Shown in pieces: positions 12,401 to 20,716 of a stretch of DNA of 64,000 nt. A program made the translations under genes and the position numbers. The notes beneath the pieces are model-generated. The model saw nothing but the letters and a program-made list of their open reading frames with translations, was not told the origin of the DNA and made no database searches. The stretch's first letter is position 1; each line of letters opens with the position of its first letter. Source of the DNA: a virus; the IMG/VR virus record IMGVR_UViG_3300028840_004475, positions 64,001-128,000 of that record, one strand, 5' to 3'.

Positions 12401-14282
12401 GTGCTGTCGCCAGTTTCAGCACGATGGCAAGAAAATCACCAATTGCATTATCCCTGAGTGCCTCCCGCATGGCTTGCATGATCTTGATGATGGCGCCAAG
12501 AAAGAGAGCAATCGGCTGAAGGGCTTCGCGAGCAACCTCTAGGAGGATGTTCTTGAAAATTGAGAACTGACGTGACAGCTCATCGACGCGCGTGTCTGCC
12601 ATTGCTTCGGCAGCACCCTGCGACTCCTCTTGCAACTTCCTGATGGTCTCGTTCAAGTCGCCCGTCTTTTGCGTGAGGATCAAGAATGAGTTCGCACCAC
12701 GCAGACCCAAGCGCTCGAACACTGTACCGACCTGGTTAGCCGTGAGCTGACCATTGCCGAGACGTATGTTGATTTGTCGGATCAGATCCAAGAAGTCGAG
12801 CGGCTTCTCAGGGTCGAAAGCGATACCAAAAGCACGCTGGAACTCGGCCTGCTGCGAAGTAATGCGAGCGAAGATGGAACGCATTGAACGGCCGGCTTCA
12901 CCAGCACGGATGAAGTTGTTCTGCAGCGTAGCCAGGATACCGGTCGTCTCTTCCAGAGACAGGCCCAGCTGTTTAGCGACAGGGAGCGCGAACTTGAGAC
13001 CTTGGTTCAGTTCGTTCAGCTCGACCTGATTGTTGCGATAGGTGGCCGCGAGGACGTCATTGATCCTTGCGAATGCTTCCAGCTTTGTGCCGGTGCCAGC
13101 GACACTGCCGCCGAGGAGCCTGTACGTGGCTGCTACGGTCTTGGTCGTAGACGTGACGTCAGCATCGGTTGCAATGATCAAGTTCAGCGTTGACTCGAGA
13201 GCGGCCAGTGACTCCTCTGCTTGGAGACCGGCGCTACCGAACTGGAACAGGATCTCACTGACGTCTTTGACGCTCTGGCCAGTCTGCGACGAGAAGTCTA
13301 CGATGGCTTCTCGGAGACTATTGAAACGCTCTTCGAGGAGGATGACTTCGGAACGCGAGACCGCGAAGGCCTTAGCAGTCCGGTCCTGCAACTCGAGGAG
13401 TGATTCGAAGGCTCGCCTGATGTTGGTGATTGCACCGAAGACCAGGATAGACGAAGCAAAGAAACGCAACTGCTGCTTGACGATGTTGTCGAAGCCAGCC
13501 GATAGAGATTTCGTGGCCACGGCGGCACGCTGCTGCTCTTGGGCCTGTTTCTTCTGGGCTGCGGCGTTCTTCTCAATAGCAGCCGCAGCAGTCCTTGCGC
13601 TCTGAGCTTCCTTGTCCAGACCGGCCGCTGCCTGATTGAACAGGCCGGCAGTCTTGGTGACGTTGACCCCAAGCTTCTCGTGCTCTTGGCTCAGCCGCTC
13701 AAGCTCTTTGACCGCAGCCACACCCTTGGCGCGGGCGCGTTCCAGCTCCGTAGCGTGTGCACGGAGCGCTTTTGCAGACGCTACGTCGGCTGACTCCGAC
13801 CCCCTCGACGCCCGCGAACGAGCCAGCTCCGCTTGTACTAGCTCTCGTGCCTCATTGATCTTGAGGCGCATGGCATCGGCCGTCCTCTTGACGCGGCGTG
13901 CCTCGTTCTCTTCTTCAGTCGCTGCCCGGCCAGCTCCTACACGGCTCTTGATGGCGTTGACCTCATCGATCAACTGCTTCATGAGCTGCATCTGCGCGTT
14001 CGTATCGCCTACTGTGCGACGGATCATCTCGAACTGTTTGACGGCCGGAGTAACGTCGATGTTCTTGACGTTGGCGATTGCGGTGAGGGTACCTTCAACG
14101 GCCTTCGTCAGGTTGTCAAAAGCTGCTTTCGACGCGTTGACGTTTTGTAGGCGATTGATCGATGAAGCAAAGCGACCAGCCGCATTCGCGAACTGGCGCA
14201 TCTCGCCAACCAACTTCTGGAAGGTCGCGCCACCGACGCGCCTGATCTCGACATTGAACCGAATCGTCCGCTCAGCAGGCAT
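3414..14282 (-). CDS. Tail tape measure protein (3622 aa)
   Basis: Very long helical Ala/Leu-rich ORF, TP901-type core (LGLSLEETTGILATL...AGEAGRSMRSIF), hydrophobic repeats, downstream of tail chaperones. Confidence 0.95.
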   Translation of the reverse strand: MPAERTIRFNVEIRRVGGATFQKLVGEMRQFANAAGRFASSINRLQNVNASKAAFDNLTKAVEGTLTAIANVKNIDVTPAVKQFEMIRRTVGDTNAQMQLMKQLIDEVNAIKSRVGAGRAATEEENEARRVKRTADAMRLKINEARELVQAELARSRASRGSESADVASAKALRAHATELERARAKGVAAVKELERLSQEHEKLGVNVTKTAGLFNQAAAGLDKEAQSARTAAAAIEKNAAAQKKQAQEQQRAAVATKSLSAGFDNIVKQQLRFFASSILVFGAITNIRRAFESLLELQDRTAKAFAVSRSEVILLEERFNSLREAIVDFSSQTGQSVKDVSEILFQFGSAGLQAEESLAALESTLNLIIATDADVTSTTKTVAATYRLLGGSVAGTGTKLEAFARINDVLAATYRNNQVELNELNQGLKFALPVAKQLGLSLEETTGILATLQNNFIRAGEAGRSMRSIFARITSQQAEFQRAFGIAFDPEKPLDFLDLIRQINIRLGNGQLTANQVGTVFERLGLRGANSFLILTQKTGDLNETIRKLQEESQGAAEAMADTRVDELSRQFSIFKNILLEVAREALQPIALFLGAIIKIMQAMREALRDNAIGDFLAIVLKLATALLALKVVMLAVNLVTGLLAGTTAGAALGITAMTGTTLTLTGALGGLRLALVAVQLQMHALWLTNPYLLVIGLIIAAIAAATAAYLIFSKTVAESVEASREAIKEMTTEINERQKQIDSIKNTRRELELLQQQVDNGALSTDEAAIAIGNVAGKYGDLAEAAIAAGGDLAVFNDKVGVQLRILEQLQKQDEQERESEFKKSLDDVLSTIQQANKDIRKFGPEVARFNKSISATTDVQQLRALRSASYEARAALKDAKEESSEVFKQWKLLIKESPRLAIKFSEASNQARSLFTSLGLVKEEALTTADAFSTTVNAMEKVKALRFGQEISGITVTMQSLADAAKSLQIFSLFKFDVIIDDTELQALRDSIARLEGDFEDTLDKVTGATATFAEDLPSLIVNPQEVERAGTIFANTLVSNIQTAVNKNRNILRSSFINQKEAIELSRRVSFIRQYDLGLVEKTAATEEQRAQAVAGLATLQSTIIERLRQQLKLRANGITDQVRLNEITRENAAALGRVEQLFGNINELNHTLLFTQLASVQALFDITKFLGALNKSERIASVASLSRLGNVKREISLTSQRKNLIKDELDIQKESLKNISASSDTSEKARAVAVTQQEQVNNVLKAGAKQRIDHLNAEQELIKATIQTLGINRRSSQLGDKSLNTARAQLGVAVDTVNAFEERKRRAAELHVVLEDIEILSLREAQNNEAILKATEKLIAASRSRSNAIRDAIDKTELLQSGNSKLTANLQKQRRLIEEIGSREQRIAKDKEKGVRLDSQSFTVRAKAAAAEAELLDDRRELLELSIQESNVRFGILRTIATEAAAFSGITDKALKILGIEKTTQGIENRRLGVQLKFIAGLTRFLALQREIDSQRRDSEALSTEQQLRLTAAAKDQYGLAVAIFEVEKKNLKDNLTKEVKLNQQLLDIYERQYQAIATNASEVNDILSGFVTQQFDTGPFSSLLYFSDELKLTWTEISRIGPQGVAKELFAQLRRGEVDVDNIGGAFGDALRLLKEYNDQQKALIELQNDIKTARFDNALELISTAIDTGNLGLANTLYKQMADNVEQLDPIEQTLDPGVVSGRLAALKVIAEGIKENFGASKDEITRSVERLSKVQEIINSLNRQTNEFSRALAEGQFTDEFANQLTDSVNKLSRIVGLETDYATALKTAAAAIPVEKMADLEKVTLATNDQIERMSESLLEVIDPMRDVASELRDIANKLDGLDGTEIRVVVEGLGIVPAVIKKYQTGGMVPGVGEGDIIPALLEPGEFVIPRSAVEAFGVSFFENFRNPDAIHRAQAIKGILGYKHGGPVGYQTGGLAISGTSEAILRESLVPSLLDDLKNGTYLNVEKLGLIEQAMAELLRVWSGNEIPPDFKLSQEDKARLDDLITKNSEVAKAFEQLEFFAKESSYIETQDPRTKEQFEEDKKRDTLLASIASKVDLADEKRQELSKLSIDELIKFNTAMEELVAHTKADESKREALVDRIVAAGGPTSEQYEKFSTDLLEGIAKGFEKERKEEIVAAIPKEDIGPGRREELLGLSIERLEDVAATFKELSKIEIAEESKEILQQDTIRITFSYEEGYEKLRSDLANLSPTKVEIEADEDSVAAFIDKISKIESTALVGLGGTGAAAGFQAGGTVPGSGLGDIIPALLEPGEFVIPRGVVGALGTGFFNQFLQPEFIQELASLNRKRDRGELGFFDFINATDDVRANVRGFKHGGPVGYRSGGVARYQFGGAASGSAVDLIRAIDIFRNDLIFELRSGVIRNLEKLIEIGTKILDVRPASAEIEIKPETVDTFVDVADTGADFASVMVEADKNTEATSDSVKQLNAETSKGQSIVAKASEERAKAQETAERNQKKAIELQKKFGLTGQSALSDVSAAMNAFKRHVSQANSTTNKFASDLLNAFGARLVRAIQKISDIISETFISAIPAAFDFFVGDFLTSLGEIVSKNDEAVDKIVDSYLKSRGDLVEQLKRNEISYFDYFNRLEDLNADTNASLAEGTENVAEEMDKVLGDFIQDFFGRFTDVLGDLTNKFFEFTSEVGQSMQGLALNFFDLFGQLGGAAGQLIGGLVGGGGAVGGAAAGAFGAGAAGGVAGGPAGAVVGVAAGAIIGGVVGEALKSLVPIAGAIFEAFNTVVNTIIQAALSIIPVIVQLGLMGQDEIEALATAIQEELPVAIQRFIDNFASNLETVTALLVQELPGIVDDFIRAFEEAVPAIGDALITLGPVFVEQFAKFIVAAAATLPALFDDIGESIGATLQALLQTGLIDQIGPIVSSLLDALLSVFNNVGIPLATAFAEAAPGVVTALVGAILAAAPELATAGFEIISIVASTLADPAVLQEIGTAIMDSFKNFIGGFAGGDLEVPGIENLFGVLFGALESISSVLPVVVGLMTSMASISGSLITVFDEVVTVAFIPMLNSVLPLFDTFVQLLTLFTPMVAVLGQVATAVGGLLNAFSGPFAEFIALVQGGIFDLISELVDVLSMFSGSAQDVLGVFVNAIKQLTPLVSVLASAIFGSLSEVVGVVFEILSAAITVIGGVATVAVSLISVFTSIINILVQLIPFFTVLIEAVLKPFVRIITILVTIINLVVKSFSKLASTFFRVFGGVIDVIAKALVPVLQIVADVLLLMLPVLEALTPVIEILITIGLLPLIGVILLLLAPLLLLVVIFEAVNYIIGQAALFLGVINDAMLVWTRWLDLASQEIHEGARIIEDALSTATHAVEKFLLPLRYLEIVLKAIEHALWGGSLIPALEALWSVIETVTGFVNELAATLQTGLVTALSAVFQLISDFLNSIPGLEQVSEATSSFGEAAVETAQNVNQAAGDAAGGNVPTVANIGGQGSGLLGFGGVLHDGGIFGKSDDLSRIQNLRANEGIAVLQHGEGVLTAQGVAAAGGPAGIAALNSGANLFGAPQGEAGGNYGSSGVTQVGNQNITNEENFDIEVKFENCSFNGEDVAEVVEENIVTKLRDKDGDFYNEITKKGKNGDIPGIRRK

Positions 14283-14288
14283 CTACTG

Positions 14289-14777
14289 TCACCTTCTGCG
14301 GCGGGGCGTTCGTTTTGGTGCGCGGGCGGGCTTGGAACCGGTTTTTATATTGCTGTTTTTATCTGTTTTCTGCTTGGCCCGTTCGTGCTCCTCCTTTTCG
14401 ATCGAACGTTGTTCCCCTACAACGGCTTGCCTCAACTGGAAGTAGAACTTCGTGTGGTTGAGGAGCCCTCCGTCAATCAATGGTGCGCTCATGTCTTCTG
14501 ACCACTGGATCAGGTCGACGAGCGTTACGAGTCCGCGTTCACTCAAGAATAGCGCAGTCGGACAGCTATAGAAAGAGTGCTTCCCGTCAACGAGGATCGG
14601 CTTTTCTTTCTCTTCCTCAACCGGCTCTTCTTTCTTAGGAGCTACCTTCTTATTTTTACTAAACTGAATCTTGTATTTATTTGTACTGGATTTCTTGACC
14701 GACTCTTCGACATCGGTCAGCTCCTCAGGAGGCAAGAAGGGACACCTCCGCTCCAGCTGGAGCTTCGGCTGCTCCAT
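14289..14777 (-). CDS. Tail assembly chaperone, frameshift extension (gpT-like)
   Basis: Frame is open back to the G GGG GAA site at the end of the upstream chaperone; lies just before the tape measure. Confidence 0.7.
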   Translation of the reverse strand: MEQPKLQLERRCPFLPPEELTDVEESVKKSSTNKYKIQFSKNKKVAPKKEEPVEEEKEKPILVDGKHSFYSCPTALFLSERGLVTLVDLIQWSEDMSAPLIDGGLLNHTKFYFQLRQAVVGEQRSIEKEEHERAKQKTDKNSNIKTGSKPARAPKRTPRRRR

Positions 14778-14869
14778 GCAGTGCTCACACGACCAGCTCT
14801 TCTGGCGGTGCTCTGGGTCGTTACCGGACGCGAGGAAGTGGCGGAACCTTACAATGTCCCGCGCCCTCG

Positions 14870-15253
14870 TTATTCCCCCTCTTCGGCCTCAGACTCGCCC
14901 TTGATGTGCTGGGCGATCTCCTTGCGGACGGCAGGCGGGATCTTGTTGATGTTGGACATCTTGTCCTCATCCTTTTCGCCTGCGTTGAACTCGACGGGCT
15001 CGCTGTCCTCGCCCACAAAGTTCTCCCACCCCTTGAGGCATCGCTTGAGCACCTCGTTCTGCTGCGTGCCGCTCTTGATCGTCTCCTTGCGGCCGGTGCC
15101 CATGCCCTTGACCTGGTAGACGTCGTCGGAGAGCTTCGCCTCGAAGTAGGCGTCGATGTAGGTGACCATGAACTTGGTCTGCTCCTCAGGCGGCAGCCCT
15201 TGGTCGCACTTTGGCACGAATGTGTGAGGTGTCTTGGTGTCGATTGCCTTCAT
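14870..15253 (-). CDS. Tail assembly chaperone (gpG-like)
   Basis: Likely start MKAIDTK with RBS; LKGWENF..VEF motif; between tube and tape measure genes. Confidence 0.75.
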   Translation of the reverse strand: MKAIDTKTPHTFVPKCDQGLPPEEQTKFMVTYIDAYFEAKLSDDVYQVKGMGTGRKETIKSGTQQNEVLKRCLKGWENFVGEDSEPVEFNAGEKDEDKMSNINKIPPAVRKEIAQHIKGESEAEEGE

Positions 15254-15578
15254 GATGATCTCCTGTTCTGTTTTGTTAGATGCGTACCGGAGGCCCTCCA
15301 CCAGTACGTTGCGGCCGATTATATGAGCGTGTTTGCGGAGTTTCAACCCCAGCTTGTATATGTATCCGCCCCCATGGCCCTGTAGGCGGCGGACAAGCCA
15401 AAAACAGCCTACCCACAACCTATCGTATACCCACATCCACGCCAAACTTGGCAAGAAAAATACGAAGGCCCCCAGGAGCTTGATGCCTGAGACTTCAATT
15501 CGGTCACGCTGGTGCATGTAGAAGGAGCAGCCCGACCCCGCCCCGAAAGACGGGGCCGGACCAACTCAGGGGTGGGTT

Positions 15579-17519
15579 CTAGATGGTGGCAACCGTGTTC
15601 ACGAGGATCACGACCACCTCGTTCATCGAATTCTCCTGATCGACAAGAGCCGTGAAGTTCATGTCGTGAGTGATCTGGTCCGGGCCGCCGATCTGAGGCG
15701 TGGTGCCCGTGAACTCGATGTTGGGGAAGAGGACGTGCTTCTGACGGTAGACGTCGTTGCCGGCGCCGTTGATCACCTCACCTTCGTCCACCGAACGGAA
15801 CTCGAGGTAGGCCGAGGTCGCGTTGATGTACTTGTGGTACAGGATCTCATCGTCGAACTCGACGTTCAGGACGCCTTCGACAGTCCTCAACTGCTCGGGG
15901 AGGCCGGCGCGGAACCGGTCACCCAACTGGAACTTGTCCGCGAACAGGTTGTTGTTCAGGGTCCAGCTGCCAGACAGCACTTCCTGGGCCACGCCATCGA
16001 GGTAGACGGCTGCCTGGAAGGAGCTGAGCGGGTCGGTGGTCGGCGGGTCAGCTGGGTCGTCCCAGTGGCCCTGCACCGCGACGGGCTCACCGGCCGCATG
16101 GTCGGAGTCGCTCGCCCAGTTGGTGATGTTCTTGAGCTTGGCCGTACCAGCGGTGATCGAGACCTCAGTGCCGTCGTAGGCGATCTCGTTCTCACTGCCG
16201 ACCTGCACTTCACCGACCTTGTTGAAGCCGATGATGCCGGGGCCGAGATACAGACGCTGGCCGATGGGGCCTGTACCTGCCGTGTAGGCCGAGACACGTG
16301 CGCGGACCCAATAGGCAGCCTGCGCATTGACCGTGGTCGATGCCCAATCGCTCGGAAGGTCGAAACTGTTGACGTAGGTGCCAGCAGCCTCGTCCAGGTC
16401 AACAGTCTCCTGGTTGTTGAACAGGAGAGTCGACCAGGCCGTACCATCCCAGTACTCCCAGGTGATCGTCCAGTTGGCCGTCACCGCGGCAGTGCTGATG
16501 ATGATCTCAATGGCCGGGAACACATCGTCTGCACCGAAGTAGTAGGCGTCATCGACCGCCGGGGTAACCGGAAGCAGTGTGACGTCGTCTGCGGTGTTGT
16601 TGTTGGCGGCGGTGGTCTCGTCTGTGAAGACGGCACCGTCGTCCGCGAACGCGTAGCCGATGTTCTGGCTCGCGCTGTAGTAGTCCAGGGTGTAGTTGGT
16701 GAGGTCCAACTCGGTCGTGGCCGACGTGGCCGCGCTGAGAAGGTCCGCACCGCTGTACTCCCCGCGACCGATCCAGCTGAAGGTCGCCTGGAGGATCTCC
16801 TGCGCGGTGTAGGTCTCCTCGAGGGTGTTGCACTTGCATCCGCCGTAGATGAAGTACGCCAGGTCGCGGCCGACCTCGAAGGTCATGCCGGTCGGCAGCG
16901 TGGGGCCGGACTCGATGTAGTGCGAGTAGACGCCGGTCCAGTCAGTCGCGTTCGACTGGATGATCCAGGCGCCCTGGTTGATGGAGACTCCGGGGTCGCC
17001 ACCGGTGAGGGTGAAGGTGGTTTCGCCAGCGGCGAAGGCTGCCGTGTAGGCCAGACCCGTCACTGCCTGCAGGTCATCGCTGGAGTCCTTGTAGACGACA
17101 GCGATGGTGTAGTTGGCGCCGCCGGTCTCGAAGACGCCCGTGACGTCCCCTGTGACCACCAGCTCGTGGGGACCAGCGCCTCCTGTCGTGTAGGCCGTGT
17201 TCACCTGAGCCCGGATACCACCGTCGGCCGCCGTGAGCGTCACATAGTCACCCAGGGCGTGCTTGTACCACGTCCCGTAGCCCTCTGTGTTTTGCTCGAT
17301 GGCGACATCGCCGGTGATGTTCGAGGTGCCGGGCACGCGCTTGGACGTACCGCGGCTTGGGTTCAGGGCCTCGGACAGCAGGTTGCCGATCTCGTTGTTG
17401 AACGACTCCGTCTTGAAGTCGACACGAAAATTCGGGGGGATTGGCTGACCCCAGTCGCGTTCCTCGCCATAGGCGAAGACACCGCGGGCGCCAATCGCAA
17501 TCTGTCCCGTGGTACCCAT
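15579..17519 (-). CDS. Major tail tube protein with inserted domains
   Basis: Tube-like N- and C-termini (AYGEE..WG; WTLNNNL..RTVEG.L.VEF); position in the tail module. Confidence 0.8.
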   Translation of the reverse strand: MGTTGQIAIGARGVFAYGEERDWGQPIPPNFRVDFKTESFNNEIGNLLSEALNPSRGTSKRVPGTSNITGDVAIEQNTEGYGTWYKHALGDYVTLTAADGGIRAQVNTAYTTGGAGPHELVVTGDVTGVFETGGANYTIAVVYKDSSDDLQAVTGLAYTAAFAAGETTFTLTGGDPGVSINQGAWIIQSNATDWTGVYSHYIESGPTLPTGMTFEVGRDLAYFIYGGCKCNTLEETYTAQEILQATFSWIGRGEYSGADLLSAATSATTELDLTNYTLDYYSASQNIGYAFADDGAVFTDETTAANNNTADDVTLLPVTPAVDDAYYFGADDVFPAIEIIISTAAVTANWTITWEYWDGTAWSTLLFNNQETVDLDEAAGTYVNSFDLPSDWASTTVNAQAAYWVRARVSAYTAGTGPIGQRLYLGPGIIGFNKVGEVQVGSENEIAYDGTEVSITAGTAKLKNITNWASDSDHAAGEPVAVQGHWDDPADPPTTDPLSSFQAAVYLDGVAQEVLSGSWTLNNNLFADKFQLGDRFRAGLPEQLRTVEGVLNVEFDDEILYHKYINATSAYLEFRSVDEGEVINGAGNDVYRQKHVLFPNIEFTGTTPQIGGPDQITHDMNFTALVDQENSMNEVVVILVNTVATI

Positions 17520-17546
17520 GTATGCGTCTCCTCTGCTCGGGGGCGG

Positions 17547-18059
17547 TTAGTCGCCCCGTTGCTCTTGGATCAGAACGGGGACGTTGTAACGAACACGTCC
17601 CCCTGCGTAGACACCGTTCAATCGAGTGCGGTTAAGCACCTCACTCGACACGATCCTGGCGCCTTTCGAACTGAGCCCGTTCACGAACGAATTGCGCCGA
17701 AGAATCCTGCCAAGCTCCCAGAGAGCGCTTCTTATCTCTTTTTCTCGTAGCTCTTCATTGATTTGCTGGTGATAGTAGTAGATCTCAATGCCTATTTGCA
17801 ACTCGTAGGTAACATTTTTCTTGCCTATCGTGTGGATCTCCTCTTCGTGGTCTACGAAGTCCACACAGATGCACGGAGTCTCAGGAACTATAAGCAAATC
17901 AGCAGGATAGACCTCGTGTACCCTCTTGATCCAGGTCAGATACTGACCAGGGTCGGTCACCTGCATGCGCTTGATGATCTCGACGATGTTGGCGACAGCG
18001 TCATCGAAGTAGTCGCCCGTCTTGATTAGGTATTGTGTCGGTCTGTCCTGGATTGGCAT
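17547..18059 (-). CDS. Putative tail terminator/completion protein
   Basis: 170 aa, immediately upstream of the tube gene; called on synteny. Confidence 0.55.
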   Translation of the reverse strand: MPIQDRPTQYLIKTGDYFDDAVANIVEIIKRMQVTDPGQYLTWIKRVHEVYPADLLIVPETPCICVDFVDHEEEIHTIGKKNVTYELQIGIEIYYYHQQINEELREKEIRSALWELGRILRRNSFVNGLSSKGARIVSSEVLNRTRLNGVYAGGRVRYNVPVLIQEQRGD

Positions 18060-18062
18060 CGT

Positions 18063-18695
18063 CTACTTGCCTTTGCTCTGCACCTTGGCAGCCGCTAGCA
18101 CAAACAGCTCGTCAGCGATGTTCTCGAGCTTACCGAAAAGTGCCTTTTGTTGCCAAACGAATATCCTCATGACGCCTATCGAACCGCCACTGCGCTCCAT
18201 GAGCTTCTCATCGACGATGTTCGGATAGAGGTCGCGAAGCCCAGAAACGTCTGCATTGATGGACAGGTCGGCATAGTCTTTGCCGCGTACGATGGTGTCG
18301 CTCTGGCCGCCATGGATGGCATCGAACAGGACCGATTCCATGGTCCCGGTTGCATACCAGTTGCTGTCGTTCACCACGCTGAACATCTGCTCTGAACCAG
18401 TGAGTCGAAACATCCATTCTCTACTGAAGCCGTTGGCCACGAGGATGTGTTCCATCTCTGCTTGGTCTGTGACGCCAAGAAGCTCAGACTTGACTCGAGA
18501 CCAGTGTTCAGCGACCGGCACCTTCTCGAAGAAGCCCATCATGTGCTCGAGATAATCAGCAATCAGATTTCGATTCCTGGCCCAGAACAGCTTTGACAGG
18601 TCACCAACGACGTTGTTGCCGAATACCTCCAGCGTGTCAGCCATCTGGCTGACCTTGCGTACGAATTCATTGAAGTTGGTGTCAACTTGGTACAT
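18063..18695 (-). CDS. Putative head-tail joining protein
   Basis: Synteny only. Confidence 0.4.
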   Translation of the reverse strand: MYQVDTNFNEFVRKVSQMADTLEVFGNNVVGDLSKLFWARNRNLIADYLEHMMGFFEKVPVAEHWSRVKSELLGVTDQAEMEHILVANGFSREWMFRLTGSEQMFSVVNDSNWYATGTMESVLFDAIHGGQSDTIVRGKDYADLSINADVSGLRDLYPNIVDEKLMERSGGSIGVMRIFVWQQKALFGKLENIADELFVLAAAKVQSKGK

Positions 18696-19885
18696 CAGGT
18701 GTCGTAGCTGTAGGCGCCTTCATTGAAGCGCAGCCAGTCGTAGTCCAGGAGACCATCGTAGTTCATCTGGCTGCGGTCGTAGAACTGGTTGACGTCCGGG
18801 AGCCGGAGCCCAACACCAACACCGTAGACGCCAGCGGCATCGAAGATCGGTTTGACGCCACTCCAACGCGGTCCCCTCGAGAGGGCCTGTCCAGTCTCGG
18901 TGTCGTAGAACTCGTTCTGCTTCTTGATCCAGGCGTTCAGGTACCTGATGGCCTGCTTCGGCCACGTGGAGAGGTCGTTGTCGCGCTTGAGGCCTGTGGT
19001 GATGTCGTTGATGTTGTTCGGCAGCCCTGGGATGGTCTGCTCATTGTGCACTGTCGTGTAGATGAAGAACGCCGCGAATCGTGCACACGCCTGCCGGACT
19101 GCCTTCGGCACCGTGTCCCGGTCGAACCTCAGCTCAGTGTCCTTCTGCTCGAGGTACCCGATGTTCTCCTCGATGATGATGTCGACCAGGACTTCAGCAT
19201 CCTGAATGAACGCGATGGCGTCATCAGTCGACATGTGGCTCTCTGTCTGAAATCCAATCTTGTCGCCTGCAGCAGCCGTCCCGGACCAATCGTCACTGTT
19301 GATGTAGATACTGCTGTCAATGGCAGCGAAATCAGAAGAAACGGTTCCCGTTCCAACGGTTCTGTTCTCCTGGCTGTCCTTCTCCTGGACGGTGACTTCG
19401 AAGTCGGTGTCGCTGCTGAACTCGATGATGAAGCGCTCGATGCCGGCGTAGCTTGGACCGATTGAGACAGCAGCTAGAGCTGCATCGCCGGTGTTCGTCT
19501 GACCTCTAGGGACGCCCAGGTTCTTGTAGGAATCCGAGAAGCGGATCCTCTTGCTCTTGTCGCCGCGTCCGATGATGCGCTGAACGTGGTCGAGGGTGCA
19601 GTAGGTGGCGTTCGGCGTGTAGCCCTGGACAGGTGCAAAGAACTCGCTGAACAGAGTCTCTGCACTGTTCGAGTAGCGCCACTTGTACCAATAGTGAACG
19701 GCTCCGCTGTTGTCGTCGAAGTCGTAGTTGTAGGTCGCCGTGACCAGAAGAGGCCTTGTCGCTCTCGTGCTGATCTTGGTGTAGGTGCCCCACTTTGTCT
19801 CTGCCCGCCACACTTCGATGTAGCAGAAGTCCTCCATGACCTCGTCTGGGTTCGAGACTGGAATGGTGATTCTGACGAGTGCCAT
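18695..19885 (-). CDS. Putative head-tail adaptor
   Basis: YCTLDHV and VPKAVRQACARFAA motifs resemble gp6/gp15-like adaptors. Confidence 0.55.
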   Translation of the reverse strand: MALVRITIPVSNPDEVMEDFCYIEVWRAETKWGTYTKISTRATRPLLVTATYNYDFDDNSGAVHYWYKWRYSNSAETLFSEFFAPVQGYTPNATYCTLDHVQRIIGRGDKSKRIRFSDSYKNLGVPRGQTNTGDAALAAVSIGPSYAGIERFIIEFSSDTDFEVTVQEKDSQENRTVGTGTVSSDFAAIDSSIYINSDDWSGTAAAGDKIGFQTESHMSTDDAIAFIQDAEVLVDIIIEENIGYLEQKDTELRFDRDTVPKAVRQACARFAAFFIYTTVHNEQTIPGLPNNINDITTGLKRDNDLSTWPKQAIRYLNAWIKKQNEFYDTETGQALSRGPRWSGVKPIFDAAGVYGVGVGLRLPDVNQFYDRSQMNYDGLLDYDWLRFNEGAYSYDT

Positions 19886-19887
19886 GG

Positions 19888-20712
19888 CTACCTCCGCTCT
19901 CCGTTGCCAGGCTCAGGCGGCTCCCACGTCCAGCCGTTCTTGAGCTTCTTCTCGACTGCCTCGTACCCGACCGTGTAGAGCCGGTTGACCATGCTCTTGT
20001 CAAGTTTCAGAAAGTCGAGGCCAGAGATCGGTGACTCGATGACGACGATCTTGGCCTTCTGCCAGATGGCCCTGCTGACGTGCGAGCGCTCACCGGCCCT
20101 CATCATGGCATCGACATGGTTCAAGGAGTACGAGCCCCACCACTTCCATGGCTTCGGGTCGTGCTTCTGTCCAAGGACACGGACACCAACTGCGTGAGAC
20201 TTTGGCAGATCCACTGGGAAGTTGTGGACGATTCCGCCATCTGTCAGGCGTCTGCCGTCAATCTCCACATGGTGAAACATCCATGGAATTGACGTTGATG
20301 CCTGTGTGGCCGGTGCCAATTTGACGTCTGGGGTCTTCTGAGAGGAGAACTGGATTTCCTCCTCGGTGTCGGAATCTGTTGCGATGATGGTCAGTGGGGT
20401 CTCCGTATCGCCGAAGGTGAGTGCCACATTTGGCTGGAGAGCTTCCTGCATCTTGTCGAGGGTGAAGAGACCGGGGACGACAGGCCATACGAGGCTTGGC
20501 CTGATGATGTCGATCGGTAGGGTCTCCTTGGCGATCTTGAGCGCTTCCTTCGGCTCCCACCCACTGGCGAGCATGGACATGTCCATGGCACTGCCAGACA
20601 CGCCAGTCCAGCTGTCAAATACGGCACCTTCATCCATCATGCATTGGAACGCGCCTAGAATGATAGGGTAATTGGCACCTGTCCCGCTGCCAACTCCGTT
20701 CAAGTTTTTCAT
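19888..20712 (-). CDS. Patatin-like phospholipase
   Basis: Gly-rich GSGTGA, GVSGS nucleophile elbow, ASTSIP and DGG motifs. Confidence 0.9.
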   Translation of the reverse strand: MKNLNGVGSGTGANYPIILGAFQCMMDEGAVFDSWTGVSGSAMDMSMLASGWEPKEALKIAKETLPIDIIRPSLVWPVVPGLFTLDKMQEALQPNVALTFGDTETPLTIIATDSDTEEEIQFSSQKTPDVKLAPATQASTSIPWMFHHVEIDGRRLTDGGIVHNFPVDLPKSHAVGVRVLGQKHDPKPWKWWGSYSLNHVDAMMRAGERSHVSRAIWQKAKIVVIESPISGLDFLKLDKSMVNRLYTVGYEAVEKKLKNGWTWEPPEPGNGERR

Positions 20713-20716
20713 CGTC

